NCBI GenBank assembly: GCA_964522105.1
Contig: CAZFVA010000008.1
Location: 20,225-84,224 of the forward strand
Direction of reading: 5' to 3'
Source: an uncultured Anaeromyxobacteraceae bacterium
GTDB lineage: Bacteria > Myxococcota_A > UBA9042 > DTJE01
Length of the DNA: 64,000 nt
Under the pieces are notes generated by a model that was not told where the DNA came from, did not search any database, and saw nothing but the letters and a program-made list of their open reading frames with translations. Every line of letters begins with the position of its first letter. The stretch's first letter is position 1. Shown here in pieces: positions 9,331 through 18,929 of the stretch. Position numbers and translations under genes: made by a program.

Positions 9331-10526
9331 TTAAGTTGCGTGCGAACAAGCGCCTGCAGTCGACTATCCGCAACCAGGTTCTGTGGACCAGATTCGGCTC
9401 AAAAATCGGGCGTCCGGTGGCATGGGTCACGTCAGGATCGCCGGTCGAAATTGTACTTGCCGCAGGTTTTATACCGTTTTACCCGGAAAACCATGCGGCC
9501 ATCTGTGCGGCACGCGGGATGTCCATGGAACTGGCAGAACAGACCGAAGCTGAAGGATATTCCCGCGATCTGTGCAGCTATTTCCGCGTCGATATCGGCA
9601 GTCAGATCAGTGGCAAGTCACCGATGGGCCATCTGGTTCCCCCGGATGTCATCCTGCTGTCAAACAACATCTGCGGCACAGTCCAGAACTGGTTCCGACT
9701 GACGGCCGAACGATTCAATGTACCGCTGCTGTTTCTGGACACACCTTTTAACGACGGTCCACCGACCGATGCTGACCTGGCCTACGTCCGCGAACAGATG
9801 CTCCACATAGCGGCAGAAGCCGGCCGAATAAGCGGCCACCGCGTAACCGATGCCCGTCTTGGCCGGGTCGTATCACGATCCCGGAAAGCCCTGGAACTGT
9901 GGGCCGAAGTCCTTGGAATGGCGACCGGACACCCGGCACCGTTCACATCGTTCGACGCATTTGTCCACATGGCCCCGATCGTGTCCATGCGCGGCACCAG
10001 ACGCTGCATTTCTTATTACAAGAAACTGCGTGACGAGGTTCGCGAACGCGCAAAGGCAGGCATTTCGTCTGTGCCCGACGAACGCGTCCGCGTGGTCTGG
10101 GACAACATCGCGATCTGGCCGGCGCACAAAGAGCTGAAGAAGCTTTTTGAAAAATACCACGTGTCTCTGGTGGCCGACACATACACCAGCGCATGGAGTG
10201 CCGAGGACTTAAACCCTGCGGACCCGTTCACCAGCCTGGCCCGCGTCTATACCGACATCATTTTGAACCACGGTGCAGAACACCGCGTCAAAGTCATTTC
10301 AGATATGGTGCGCAAGTTTGACGCCAGCGGCTTCGTGCTGCATTCGAACCGGTCGTGCAAACGCTATTCGCTTGGCCAGTTCGGCGTAAAAAACGCAGTG
10401 TCGGCCGCCACCGGCGCCACCGGTGTCGTAATCGAAGCCGACATGGCCGATCCACGCTCGGTCTCGTTCGAACACCTCCAGCAACGGCTTGTGCCGTTCT
10501 TCGAGGCACTGGGGGCATCCGAATGA
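9327..10526 (+). CDS. 2-hydroxyacyl-CoA dehydratase D-component family subunit (HgdA-like paralog)
   Basis: VAWVTSGSPVEIVLAAGFIPFYPENHAA and SCKRYSLGQ motifs of the HgdA/BcrB family. Overlaps its neighbours by ATGA at both ends. Confidence 0.7.
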   Translation: MIKLRANKRLQSTIRNQVLWTRFGSKIGRPVAWVTSGSPVEIVLAAGFIPFYPENHAAICAARGMSMELAEQTEAEGYSRDLCSYFRVDIGSQISGKSPMGHLVPPDVILLSNNICGTVQNWFRLTAERFNVPLLFLDTPFNDGPPTDADLAYVREQMLHIAAEAGRISGHRVTDARLGRVVSRSRKALELWAEVLGMATGHPAPFTSFDAFVHMAPIVSMRGTRRCISYYKKLRDEVRERAKAGISSVPDERVRVVWDNIAIWPAHKELKKLFEKYHVSLVADTYTSAWSAEDLNPADPFTSLARVYTDIILNHGAEHRVKVISDMVRKFDASGFVLHSNRSCKRYSLGQFGVKNAVSAATGATGVVIEADMADPRSVSFEHLQQRLVPFFEALGASE

Positions 10527-11278
10527 ACCGCGTAGCAGGGTTGGACATTGGATCTACCGCCACCAAGTGCGTCGTCATGGAAGACGGACAGGTCACGGCG
10601 CGCGTCGTTGTGCCGTCGATGCCGGACATGCGCGTCGCGGCCGAAAGCGCACTGCGGGAATGCGGGGCCGAAGGCATTCCGGTCCTGACTACCGGCTATG
10701 GCCGCGCCCTTTTCGAGTCGCGTCTGGCGCAGGTCAGCGAGATCACCGCCCTGGCGGCCGGCATAGGCTTCGTCGCGCCAGGCGCAGTTACGGTCGTGGA
10801 CATCGGCGGCCAGGACAGCAAAGTTGTGCGGGTTGAAGCGGGGAAAGTCCTTGATTTCGCAATGAACGACCGCTGTGCAGCCGGGACCGGCCGATTTCTG
10901 GAAGTCATGAGCCGCGTTCTGCACGTCCCTTTTGACCAGTTCGACGCGGTCAGTTCCAACGCAGTCGAACCGCTGCCGGTAACCAGCACCTGCACCGTTT
11001 TCGCCGAGTCAGAGGTCGTCGGTCTGCTTTCCGCCGGACACTCGCCCGCCAGAATACTGAAGGGCGTTCTGGCGTCGGTGTGCAGTCGTGTGGCGTCACT
11101 GGGACAACAGGTTGGCTTGAAAAGCCCGGTCGTGGCAACCGGCGGCACGGTCCAGTCGCAGGCAGTCGTCCGTGCCCTGTCATCCGCCCTGGGCCTGCCG
11201 GTAACGATACCCGACCATCCCCAGTTCGTCACAGCCACCGGCGCTGCCCTGTTGTGTGCAAGACGTGTGGAAGGCTAA
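10523..11278 (+). CDS. CoA-substrate-specific enzyme activase (BcrAD/BadFG/HgdC ATPase)
   Basis: Starts MNRVAGLDIGSTATKCVV (actin-like ATPase phosphate-1 motif). Shows VVDIGGQDSK and CAAGTGRFLE, which are typical of HgdC-type activators. Confidence 0.8.
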   Translation: MNRVAGLDIGSTATKCVVMEDGQVTARVVVPSMPDMRVAAESALRECGAEGIPVLTTGYGRALFESRLAQVSEITALAAGIGFVAPGAVTVVDIGGQDSKVVRVEAGKVLDFAMNDRCAAGTGRFLEVMSRVLHVPFDQFDAVSSNAVEPLPVTSTCTVFAESEVVGLLSAGHSPARILKGVLASVCSRVASLGQQVGLKSPVVATGGTVQSQAVVRALSSALGLPVTIPDHPQFVTATGAALLCARRVEG

Positions 11279-12054
11279 GGATTGACCCGCTGTTTCTTCC
11301 TGACATTCATACCAAGATTGCGAATCATGGGCCGCGGTCCAAAACGCGTAATCGCAGAAAGTATCTTGTACTGCCAGCCCGGCACCGACAACGCCTTCCC
11401 GGAAAGCGCATTCTTCCAGGAAGCGGCCACGACTGCGTCAGCCTCAAGCCACATGAACTCGGGCACACTCTTCATCTTCATTCCACCGCGCTGGTGAAAT
11501 TCAGTATGAGTAAATCCGGGACACAGGGCACAGACCTTCACGCCTGTTCCCTTCATTTCGGTATTAAGGGACTCTGATAAAACTGTCACATAAGACTTTG
11601 CCGCGCTGTAAGTACCACCGGCTATCCAGCCTGCCACCGAACTTACGTTAATGATTACGCCGTCGTTGCGCTGTTTCATGCCGGGAAGGACTGTATGGCA
11701 GAGCCGCATCGGGGCCGTCACCAGAACCTGCAGCATCTGGTCTTCAAGCTCACGGTTGCTGGCCAGAAAACCTTCCTTGATACCGAAACCGGCATTATTT
11801 ATCAAAACCGAAATCGGTTGCCCCTCCTGGTTCAGCCTGGCTTCAACCGCACCGCAGCCTTCCCTTGTACCTAAATCTGCCCGCAGCACCTCGACCATAA
11901 TCTGATACTTTTCCGTCAAGATCGCGGCCTGCGCCTGCATCCTGGCTTCATCACGGGCAACCAGGACAAGATCAAATCCTTTCGCTGCCAGCAGGCGGGT
12001 AAAGGATTCACCGATTCCGGCGCTGGCACCTGTTATCAAAGCTGTTTTTCGCAA
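11275..12054 (-). CDS. SDR family short-chain dehydrogenase/reductase
   Basis: TGASAGIG Rossmann motif, NNAG, and a YSAAK catalytic YxxxK. Confidence 0.85.
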   Translation of the reverse strand: MRKTALITGASAGIGESFTRLLAAKGFDLVLVARDEARMQAQAAILTEKYQIMVEVLRADLGTREGCGAVEARLNQEGQPISVLINNAGFGIKEGFLASNRELEDQMLQVLVTAPMRLCHTVLPGMKQRNDGVIINVSSVAGWIAGGTYSAAKSYVTVLSESLNTEMKGTGVKVCALCPGFTHTEFHQRGGMKMKSVPEFMWLEADAVVAASWKNALSGKALSVPGWQYKILSAITRFGPRPMIRNLGMNVRKKQRVNP

Positions 12055-12137
12055 TGGCTGTCCCCGCTCAAAATTCAGGCCAATTATAGCCGATTTGCGC
12101 TAGTATATGGCGCCTTCGACGTAGGAAGAATACGAAC

Positions 12138-13607
12138 ATGAAGAATCCCGACAAACGCACAAAAATCGTTGCTACTCTGGGGCCGGCCTCTGAAAGCCCC
12201 GAAAAGATCCGGGCACTTATCAATGCCGGAGTTAACGTTTTCCGCCTGAATTTTTCCCACCAGTCCCCTGAAGACGCCACACATATAGTCGACCTGATTC
12301 GCGCCGCCCGGGCCGAACTGAAGCGACCTGTGGCCATTCTTGCTGACATAAAGGGTCCCGCCGTCAGAATATATGGCTATGCCACGGCCATGCCACTCGA
12401 TGAAGGAAGCGTTCTGACCATCGAGTCCCGCCCACCCGAAGGCATAGAAAAGCTCGAAGCCGACGCACCGCTTCTGGTCTATACCAACCTGCCCGGGGTA
12501 GACAGTCTCTGCTCGATCGGACAGCGCATCCTTCTTATGGACGGCTCGTTTGCGGGTGAAGTTGTCGCAAAATCCCCGGATCGCATAGAGGTACGCGTGG
12601 GCAACCAGGGCATGCTGCGGCCAAAAGCCCACCTTACGATTCCGAACGTCGACTATCCCCTGCCATTCCTTTCCGACAAAGACATCAACGACATCGGCTT
12701 CGCCGTCGAACGCGAAGTTGAATACATCGCCCTGTCTTTCGTGCGCGAGGCCACCGACATTGAAGAAGTCCGCCGCCTTGTCGCGCGCTCGAAGACCGCG
12801 TCCGGCCGCAAGCCGAACGTGCTGCTTATCGCCAAAATCGAGAGCGCAAGAGGCCTGAAGAACGCCGGAGATATAGTAGCTGCGGCCGACGGGATAATGG
12901 TCGCGCGCGGTGACATGGGCGTCGAGGTGGCCATCGAATACGTACCGATAGCGCAAAAACGCCTGATCAGAACCGGATTCCTTGCATCGAAGCCAGTCAT
13001 AACCGCGACCCAGATGCTTGAATCAATGATCGAAAGCCCGATGCCCACACGGGCCGAAGCAAGCGACGTCGCAAATGCCTGTTTTGATTCGACAAGTGCC
13101 GTAATGCTGTCGGGCGAAACCGCAATGGGACGCTTCCCGGTCAAAGTCGTCGAGACGATGTGCGCCATCATCCGTGAAGTCGAACTGGAATTCGACTACG
13201 AAGGCTTCCACAACTCGATTCCGATGTCGGCGCGGTCGGGCGACCTGCCGGCCATCGTTTCATACAACGCGGTCTCGACTGCCTACCAGTGCGGGGCCAA
13301 AGCTCTGGTCGTTCTTACCGAAACGGGCCATGCCGCACGCCTGCTGTCGCGACTCAGACCGCGTATGCCAATCTGTGCAGTTACCCGCGACGAAGCTGTC
13401 TGCAACCAACTGTCCATGAACTGGGGTGTCTATCCTGTGTACCTCGACAAGCCTTACTGCAACCTTGACGAAGCCGAATGCGCCGCATTCGAACGGCTGG
13501 AAGCTGAAGGTGTCGTGTGCAAGGGCGACCGGGTCGTAATCGTTGCCGGTCTGCCACTTTCACAAAAAGGTACGACCAACATGATCCGGGTCGAAACGAT
13601 CGTCTGA
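12138..13607 (+). CDS. pyk: Pyruvate kinase
   Basis: Begins MKNPDKRTKIVATLGP and includes FRLNFSHQ, the MVARGDMGVE motif and the C-terminal domain. Confidence 0.9.
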   Translation: MKNPDKRTKIVATLGPASESPEKIRALINAGVNVFRLNFSHQSPEDATHIVDLIRAARAELKRPVAILADIKGPAVRIYGYATAMPLDEGSVLTIESRPPEGIEKLEADAPLLVYTNLPGVDSLCSIGQRILLMDGSFAGEVVAKSPDRIEVRVGNQGMLRPKAHLTIPNVDYPLPFLSDKDINDIGFAVEREVEYIALSFVREATDIEEVRRLVARSKTASGRKPNVLLIAKIESARGLKNAGDIVAAADGIMVARGDMGVEVAIEYVPIAQKRLIRTGFLASKPVITATQMLESMIESPMPTRAEASDVANACFDSTSAVMLSGETAMGRFPVKVVETMCAIIREVELEFDYEGFHNSIPMSARSGDLPAIVSYNAVSTAYQCGAKALVVLTETGHAARLLSRLRPRMPICAVTRDEAVCNQLSMNWGVYPVYLDKPYCNLDEAECAAFERLEAEGVVCKGDRVVIVAGLPLSQKGTTNMIRVETIV

Positions 13608-13727
13608 TAATCCCGCTGTTCCCGCTGACATATATTGGCTCATAAATACTGATGTAACGGCTGGTTGGCTTGACTATCCAGATATGGCTGCCAATACTTG
13701 AACCGATGGTCGCGCGAGGATAATGCA

Positions 13728-14669
13728 ATGGACGGACCGGACGATCAGATTAAGACCGATGCCGACGACAATTGCGACGACAGGAACACCGAAACGTCCC
13801 GTTTAACAAGGCGCAGCCTGCTGACATGGCTTGGCAGAGCATCGGTACTGGGACTTTTTTCACCCGTCATTGATGCGTGCGTCCGTGGAACCGAATACTC
13901 ATCTCCGGACGGCGGAGATCTTGCAGACTTCGGTGCCGAGACTATCACAGGGTTCGATACGTTGACCGATTCGGGCAGGGACAGGGATACAGGGGAAACA
14001 GGCACCGGGGATGACGGCTCCGACGAAACCGGGTTCAATGACGAGGGTGCCGTTGACGCCGGAACTGAAGAAGTCACAGCGCCGACGTGCGAAGATGCTT
14101 TCAACCCCGGTTCAGAAGACCTCCCCCTGTTTGAAGACTGGGGCGAGCGCACAGTTGACCGACAGGAACTTGCCACTCTGCTGGCCACATGGCGCCTGAC
14201 CGTAGACGGCCTGGTGGACAACCCGCTCACGCTGGACTTCTGCCAGTTACGGGACCTCGGAGTAGTTAATCAAGTTACCGACTTCCATTGCGTTGAAGGG
14301 TGGTCCATCTATGACATTCCCTGGAACGGGGTCCCGCTTTCAAGGGTTCTTGACCTGGCCGGCGTCAAGCCGGAAGCCCGCTTCCTGAAAATCACCAGCG
14401 TCGGCGGTAAATATACAGAATCACTGTCGCTGGACGTGGCCCGCGAACCGAAGACGCTTCTGGCCATAGGCATTTTGAATAACACATTATCCCTTAAGCA
14501 CGGATTTCCATTGCGCATAGTTGTTCCACGGCTGCTGGGATACAAGAATCCCAAGTACGTCACGCGAATCGAACTTACAACTGAAGAACACTCAGGCTTC
14601 TGGCCTGGATACGGCTATACCGTATCAGGCGAAGTGCCGTCTTCCCGCCTGCGGGACGGAAAGTACTAG
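13728..14669 (+). CDS. Sulfite-oxidase-family molybdopterin oxidoreductase (YedY/MsrP-like), Tat-secreted
   Basis: Tat motif SRLTRRSLLTWLG, the Moco-binding FHCVEGWS motif, and KNPKYVTRIEL. ATG 13728 follows a GAGGA RBS. The TTG at 13698 listed in the track is less likely. Confidence 0.7.
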   Translation: MDGPDDQIKTDADDNCDDRNTETSRLTRRSLLTWLGRASVLGLFSPVIDACVRGTEYSSPDGGDLADFGAETITGFDTLTDSGRDRDTGETGTGDDGSDETGFNDEGAVDAGTEEVTAPTCEDAFNPGSEDLPLFEDWGERTVDRQELATLLATWRLTVDGLVDNPLTLDFCQLRDLGVVNQVTDFHCVEGWSIYDIPWNGVPLSRVLDLAGVKPEARFLKITSVGGKYTESLSLDVAREPKTLLAIGILNNTLSLKHGFPLRIVVPRLLGYKNPKYVTRIELTTEEHSGFWPGYGYTVSGEVPSSRLRDGKY

Positions 14670-14695
14670 GAACACTTCAGGCAGGGGCTGCAGCA

Positions 14696-15451
14696 TTGAT
14701 AGATAGCCTGGAAATACTGCTGTCGCTGGGAACCTTTGTAATTGCTCTGCTTTATTCGTCTGTCGGTCACGGCGGCGCAACGGGCTATCTGGCCCTGCTT
14801 GCGATAGCAGGTATCCCGCATACCGAAGCCCGCTGTCAGGCCCTGATCATGAATGTATTCGTGTCGGGCATAGCTTTCGTCGGGTTCACCAGAAACGGCT
14901 CCAGACTGCCAATCGCCATATTCCTTCGTCTGGGAATCCCTGCAGCACTGTTTGCATTCATCGGGGCAAAAATTCCGGTCGGCGCCCAGACATACCAGGC
15001 AATCCTGGGAATCTTTCTGTTCATTGTAAGTGCCCGTATCTTCTGGATGCGCGCCGGCAAAGAGCTTTCCGCCTCAACCATATCAAACTGGTGGCAGGTT
15101 CTGCTCGGCGCTGGAATCGGTCTGTTATCCGGAATCCTTGGAATAGGCGGCGGCGTCATTTTAAGTCCGCTGCTGATACTGATATGGGGCTACCCGTTCG
15201 CCACCGTGGCCCGGATTTCGGCGGCATTTATCTTCTGCAATTCAATTGCCGGGCTTGTCGCAATCATCCCTGACATACAATTTGCATCGACGTTCAAGTG
15301 GCTGCCTGTCGTAACGGCTATAGCAGGCGCGATCACAGGGTCCATGACAGCATCACGTTTCGCAGGTGAATCCGGCCTGCGAAAGCTACTTTCCATAGTA
15401 TTGTTTCTGGCCGCAGTTAAACTGCTTTATCCGTTGGTAACAGCGCTGTAG
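14696..15451 (+). CDS. TSUP/TauE-SafE family permease (putative sulfite/organosulfonate exporter)
   Basis: A ~250-aa polytopic membrane protein with duplicated glycine-rich halves (GHGGATGYLALL and GIGGGVILSPLL), typical of DUF81/TauE. Confidence 0.7.
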   Translation: MIDSLEILLSLGTFVIALLYSSVGHGGATGYLALLAIAGIPHTEARCQALIMNVFVSGIAFVGFTRNGSRLPIAIFLRLGIPAALFAFIGAKIPVGAQTYQAILGIFLFIVSARIFWMRAGKELSASTISNWWQVLLGAGIGLLSGILGIGGGVILSPLLILIWGYPFATVARISAAFIFCNSIAGLVAIIPDIQFASTFKWLPVVTAIAGAITGSMTASRFAGESGLRKLLSIVLFLAAVKLLYPLVTAL

Positions 15452-15457
15452 GGGACG

Positions 15458-16669
15458 ATGAAACATATGAAAATCATCGGCAAACCGGTAACGATTCAGC
15501 AGGCACTTGAAAAAGTACTTGATCACCAACCGGCGCGTCGTTTCCTGCAAATGCCTTTGTCAGATGCATCTGAACAAACACTGGCCACAGACGTTGTTGC
15601 CCCGCACGACTATCCCCCTTTTGACCGTGCCATGCTGGATGGCTACGCCCTGCGTCGCAGCGAAGGCCGGATGCAACTGCGGATACTTTCAAGCGAACCG
15701 ACCGGTGCCGGACACGAATCACAACCACTGGCCCCGGGCCACGCCGCCCGCGTCATGACCGGCGCTCCGGTACCGCACGGAGCCGACCTTGTGATTGGAT
15801 TCGAAGACGCGGATCTTACCAACCCCGGGTACGTTCAGTTTTCAAACGTGCCGGACGGCCCCGCCATTTCGCGACAGGGGTGTGAAGCCGGAAAGGGCGA
15901 CACCCTTCTTTCAAAAGGCTCGCGGTTGACTCCGGCCGCACTTGGAGTTCTGGCTTCGTGCGGTATAACCCATGCTTCCGTAATTTCCCCGCCGATCGTA
16001 GACATCATCTGCACCGGGGACGAGCTGGTCGAACCGGATCAAATTGCACAGGGACCACAGATCAGAAATTCAAACGGAACCACATTGATGGCTCTGGTCA
16101 GGTCGCTTGGATGCCAGATCCGCTACCGTGGAATCGTTTCGGACAACTTTGATTCAATACAAAACCTGGTCACGCAGAGCGTTAACGCACCTGATCGATG
16201 CGATCTTCTGATATTGACAGGCGGAGCCTCGGCAGGCGACTACGACCATGTCCCCGACGTCCTTGAATCAACCGGCTTCGCCATACAGTTTCGCGCCGTC
16301 AAAATGAAGCCGGGAAAACCGGTAAGTTTCGGCGTTCATGGCTCGCTGGCGGCCTTCGGACTGTCTGGAAATCCGGTTTCATCGTACCTGCAGTTTCAAA
16401 TGCTGGTCGCCCCGCTGCTGCGTTCATGGCTTGGACAGGAACCGTGTCCCGGCAGATCGGCCATAATAGAAAACGATTTGCAGTGGCAGGATTCAGGTCG
16501 CACACAGATTCTGCCCATGAAAGGTTACGCGACCGGAATACTTGCTGAAGTACCATTGCAGGGTTCTGCCGATCTGATCGGTCTGGCACGCGCAGATTGC
16601 TTTGTCATCGCCCCCGAAAATCGGACGTACATGAAAGCAGGGGAGAAGGCACATGCGCGACCGCTTTGA
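15458..16669 (+). CDS. moeA: Molybdopterin molybdotransferase
   Basis: PFDRAMLDGYA hallmark, ~400 aa, MoeA domain order. Confidence 0.85.
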   Translation: MKHMKIIGKPVTIQQALEKVLDHQPARRFLQMPLSDASEQTLATDVVAPHDYPPFDRAMLDGYALRRSEGRMQLRILSSEPTGAGHESQPLAPGHAARVMTGAPVPHGADLVIGFEDADLTNPGYVQFSNVPDGPAISRQGCEAGKGDTLLSKGSRLTPAALGVLASCGITHASVISPPIVDIICTGDELVEPDQIAQGPQIRNSNGTTLMALVRSLGCQIRYRGIVSDNFDSIQNLVTQSVNAPDRCDLLILTGGASAGDYDHVPDVLESTGFAIQFRAVKMKPGKPVSFGVHGSLAAFGLSGNPVSSYLQFQMLVAPLLRSWLGQEPCPGRSAIIENDLQWQDSGRTQILPMKGYATGILAEVPLQGSADLIGLARADCFVIAPENRTYMKAGEKAHARPL

Positions 16670-17453
16670 CCGGGAGATCAGTTACCTGCGTATTTCCGTG
16701 ACCGATCGCTGCGATCTTCGTTGCCAGTACTGCCTGCCGCCGGGGCAGAACGAATGGTTTGAAAAGGCCGACCTGCTGACTGATCAGGAAATTATTGAAT
16801 TTACCAGGGTCGCAATTTCTTCCGGCATCACCAAAATCCGCATCACCGGTGGTGAACCCCTGCTTCGCCCCGGAATCGTTCCATTAGTGAAGGAAATGGC
16901 CTCGCTGCCTGGAATCAAAGACCTGGCAATGACCACAAACGGGATGTCTCTTGCCATGTATGCCAGGGATCTGTTCCTGGCGGGACTGCAACGCGTAAAT
17001 GTCAGTATGGACAGCATGGACACCGGACTGTTCCGCAAAATAACCGGGGGCGGAGACCTGGAACAGGTCCAGAACGGAATTCGCGTCGCACTTGCTGTCG
17101 GACTGAAACCTGTAAAAATTAATGTCGTAAATATCCAGGGGGTTAACGACGAAGAACGCGAATCTCTGATCCGTTTCGCAACCGATCTCGGGGTCGGTAT
17201 AAGGTTTATCAGGCAGATGTCACTGGCCGATGGCACTTTTGCACCGATGGAAGGCGGAGAGGGCGGCGACTGTGGAAAGTGCAACCGCATCCGTCTTCTT
17301 TCTGACGGGACTGTGAAACCGTGCCTTTTTGGTACGGAAGGCTTCAACATTCGCGAATTCGGCATTGAAGACGCTTTAAGAATGGCGATTACGTCCAAAC
17401 CTGCCCGGGGAACAAAGAATCCCGGGGGACGCTTCAATCGCATAGGAGGTTAG
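16653..17453 (+). CDS. moaA: GTP 3',8-cyclase (short-form MoaA)
   Basis: [17 protein letters not shown] radical SAM cluster, GGEPLLR, and a C-terminal CGKC...PC second cluster. It is 266 aa (short/archaeal-like) and overlaps the moeA end. Confidence 0.85.
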   Translation: MRDRFDREISYLRISVTDRCDLRCQYCLPPGQNEWFEKADLLTDQEIIEFTRVAISSGITKIRITGGEPLLRPGIVPLVKEMASLPGIKDLAMTTNGMSLAMYARDLFLAGLQRVNVSMDSMDTGLFRKITGGGDLEQVQNGIRVALAVGLKPVKINVVNIQGVNDEERESLIRFATDLGVGIRFIRQMSLADGTFAPMEGGEGGDCGKCNRIRLLSDGTVKPCLFGTEGFNIREFGIEDALRMAITSKPARGTKNPGGRFNRIGG

Positions 17454-17454
17454 T

Positions 17455-17901
17455 ATGCTGACTCATCTGGACGCAGACGGCAGAGCTGTGATGGTGGATA
17501 TATCCCACAAGCCGGTTTCGCACCGCACAGCTGTCGCAGAAGGCTTCCTGCGCATGGCACCACAGACGGTGGCCCTGGTACGCGATGGATTGATGAAGAA
17601 GGGCGATGTTGAATCGGTCGCTGTGATCGCGGGAATTACTGCCGCAAAAGAAACGTCGCGACTGATTCCGCTGTGCCACAACGTCCCGCTGTCTTGTGTG
17701 AACATCGAAATCGAATTTCTGGAAAATGGCGCACGGTCAATCGCGACTGCAAAATGCACAGGTCAGACAGGTGTTGAAATGGAGGCACTGACGGCTGTAT
17801 CTGTGTCGCTGCTGACCATCTATGACATGTGCAAGGCCGTTGACAAGCAGATGGAAATCACGTCGGTACGGCTGGTCAAAAAGCAGAAGGAATCTTTATG
17901 A
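17455..17901 (+). CDS. moaC: Cyclic pyranopterin monophosphate synthase
   Basis: [29 protein letters not shown]; 148 aa. Confidence 0.9.
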   Translation: MLTHLDADGRAVMVDISHKPVSHRTAVAEGFLRMAPQTVALVRDGLMKKGDVESVAVIAGITAAKETSRLIPLCHNVPLSCVNIEIEFLENGARSIATAKCTGQTGVEMEALTAVSVSLLTIYDMCKAVDKQMEITSVRLVKKQKESL

Positions 17902-18827
17902 ATGAACCGGAAATCAAGATCCTTTCTGTCAATATCTCGACGGCAAAAGGGACCGGCAAGACTCCGCGACAAAGCATCCAGATTGTTGCCGACGGTGTCG
18001 AAGGCGACAGCCACCGCGGCAGCCGGAATCGCGAAGTCAGCCTGCTCGGAATAGAAAGCATTGAAGACTTCAACACGGCCGAATCCCGATCACAGTCACC
18101 CGGTAACTTTGCAGAAAACATTACGACCGCAGGCTTCCCGATTTACAAACTGAATCCCCTTGACGTGCTCGATGCGGGGGACGTAATCCTTGAAGTGACC
18201 CAGATCGGGAAAAAGTGCCACGGTTCTTCGTGTGGAATACTTCGCGAAACTGGAAAATGCATTGTTCCTGCCGAAGGAATTTTTGCCAGGGTTATCAAAT
18301 CAGGCACGTTGACCACTGATCACCATTTCAGAATACAGCCGAAAGTTCTGCAGGTGACTGTTGTAACCGCAAGTGACAGGGCCTCGCGGGGCGAATATGA
18401 AGATCGATCCGGCCCCGCAGTTCAGGGCGTCCTGGAAACAGTAGTGGCCACCTTCGGTTACCCGCTGCAATGCACGCGAATAATAGTTCCCGATGGCATT
18501 GAACAGATTCAAAACGTAGTTCTGGCGGCAGACGCAGACATAATCATTGTGACCGGCGGGACCGGAATCGGTCCGAATGACTTCACGCCGGAAGCGCTGA
18601 TTCCCCTGCTGGACAAGCAAATTCCAGGGATCATGGAAATGGCACGGGTCAAATTCGGCACAACCAACCCGAACGCCCTTCTGTCACGTTCAGTCGCCGG
18701 TGTCCGCGGCACAACTGCCATCTATGGAATTCCCGGGAGTCCGGCAGGTGCAACTGAATACATGGAATTAATCGCACCGACGCTCAAGCATACGCTTCAT
18801 ATGCTTCACGGACTGGACGGCCATTGA
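17898..18827 (+). CDS. MOSC domain - MogA/MoaB (MPT adenylyltransferase) fusion protein
   Basis: The N-terminal ~150 aa form a MOSC beta-barrel ([18 protein letters not shown]...[12 protein letters not shown]). The C-terminal ~160 aa are MogA/MoaB ([27 protein letters not shown]). The ATG overlaps the moaC stop (ATGA). Confidence 0.75.
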   Translation: MNEPEIKILSVNISTAKGTGKTPRQSIQIVADGVEGDSHRGSRNREVSLLGIESIEDFNTAESRSQSPGNFAENITTAGFPIYKLNPLDVLDAGDVILEVTQIGKKCHGSSCGILRETGKCIVPAEGIFARVIKSGTLTTDHHFRIQPKVLQVTVVTASDRASRGEYEDRSGPAVQGVLETVVATFGYPLQCTRIIVPDGIEQIQNVVLAADADIIIVTGGTGIGPNDFTPEALIPLLDKQIPGIMEMARVKFGTTNPNALLSRSVAGVRGTTAIYGIPGSPAGATEYMELIAPTLKHTLHMLHGLDGH

Positions 18828-18929
18828 TATCCAAATCATGTCCGTTTTTCTATCTGCCGGTCGAAATTTCCAAGAATCAGCCACCAGAACTACATTTGTT
18901 GCAGAAAATCAAGCACAAAGTTTGACGAT

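Noticed and set aside
10294-10924. Minus-strand ORFs of 127-186 aa inside the hgd-like operon
   Set aside because: They are antisense to the well-supported HgdA-like and activase genes, and are Arg/Ala-rich shadow frames.
12084-12956. 290-aa minus-strand ORF
   Set aside because: It is antisense to pyruvate kinase, with no family resemblance.
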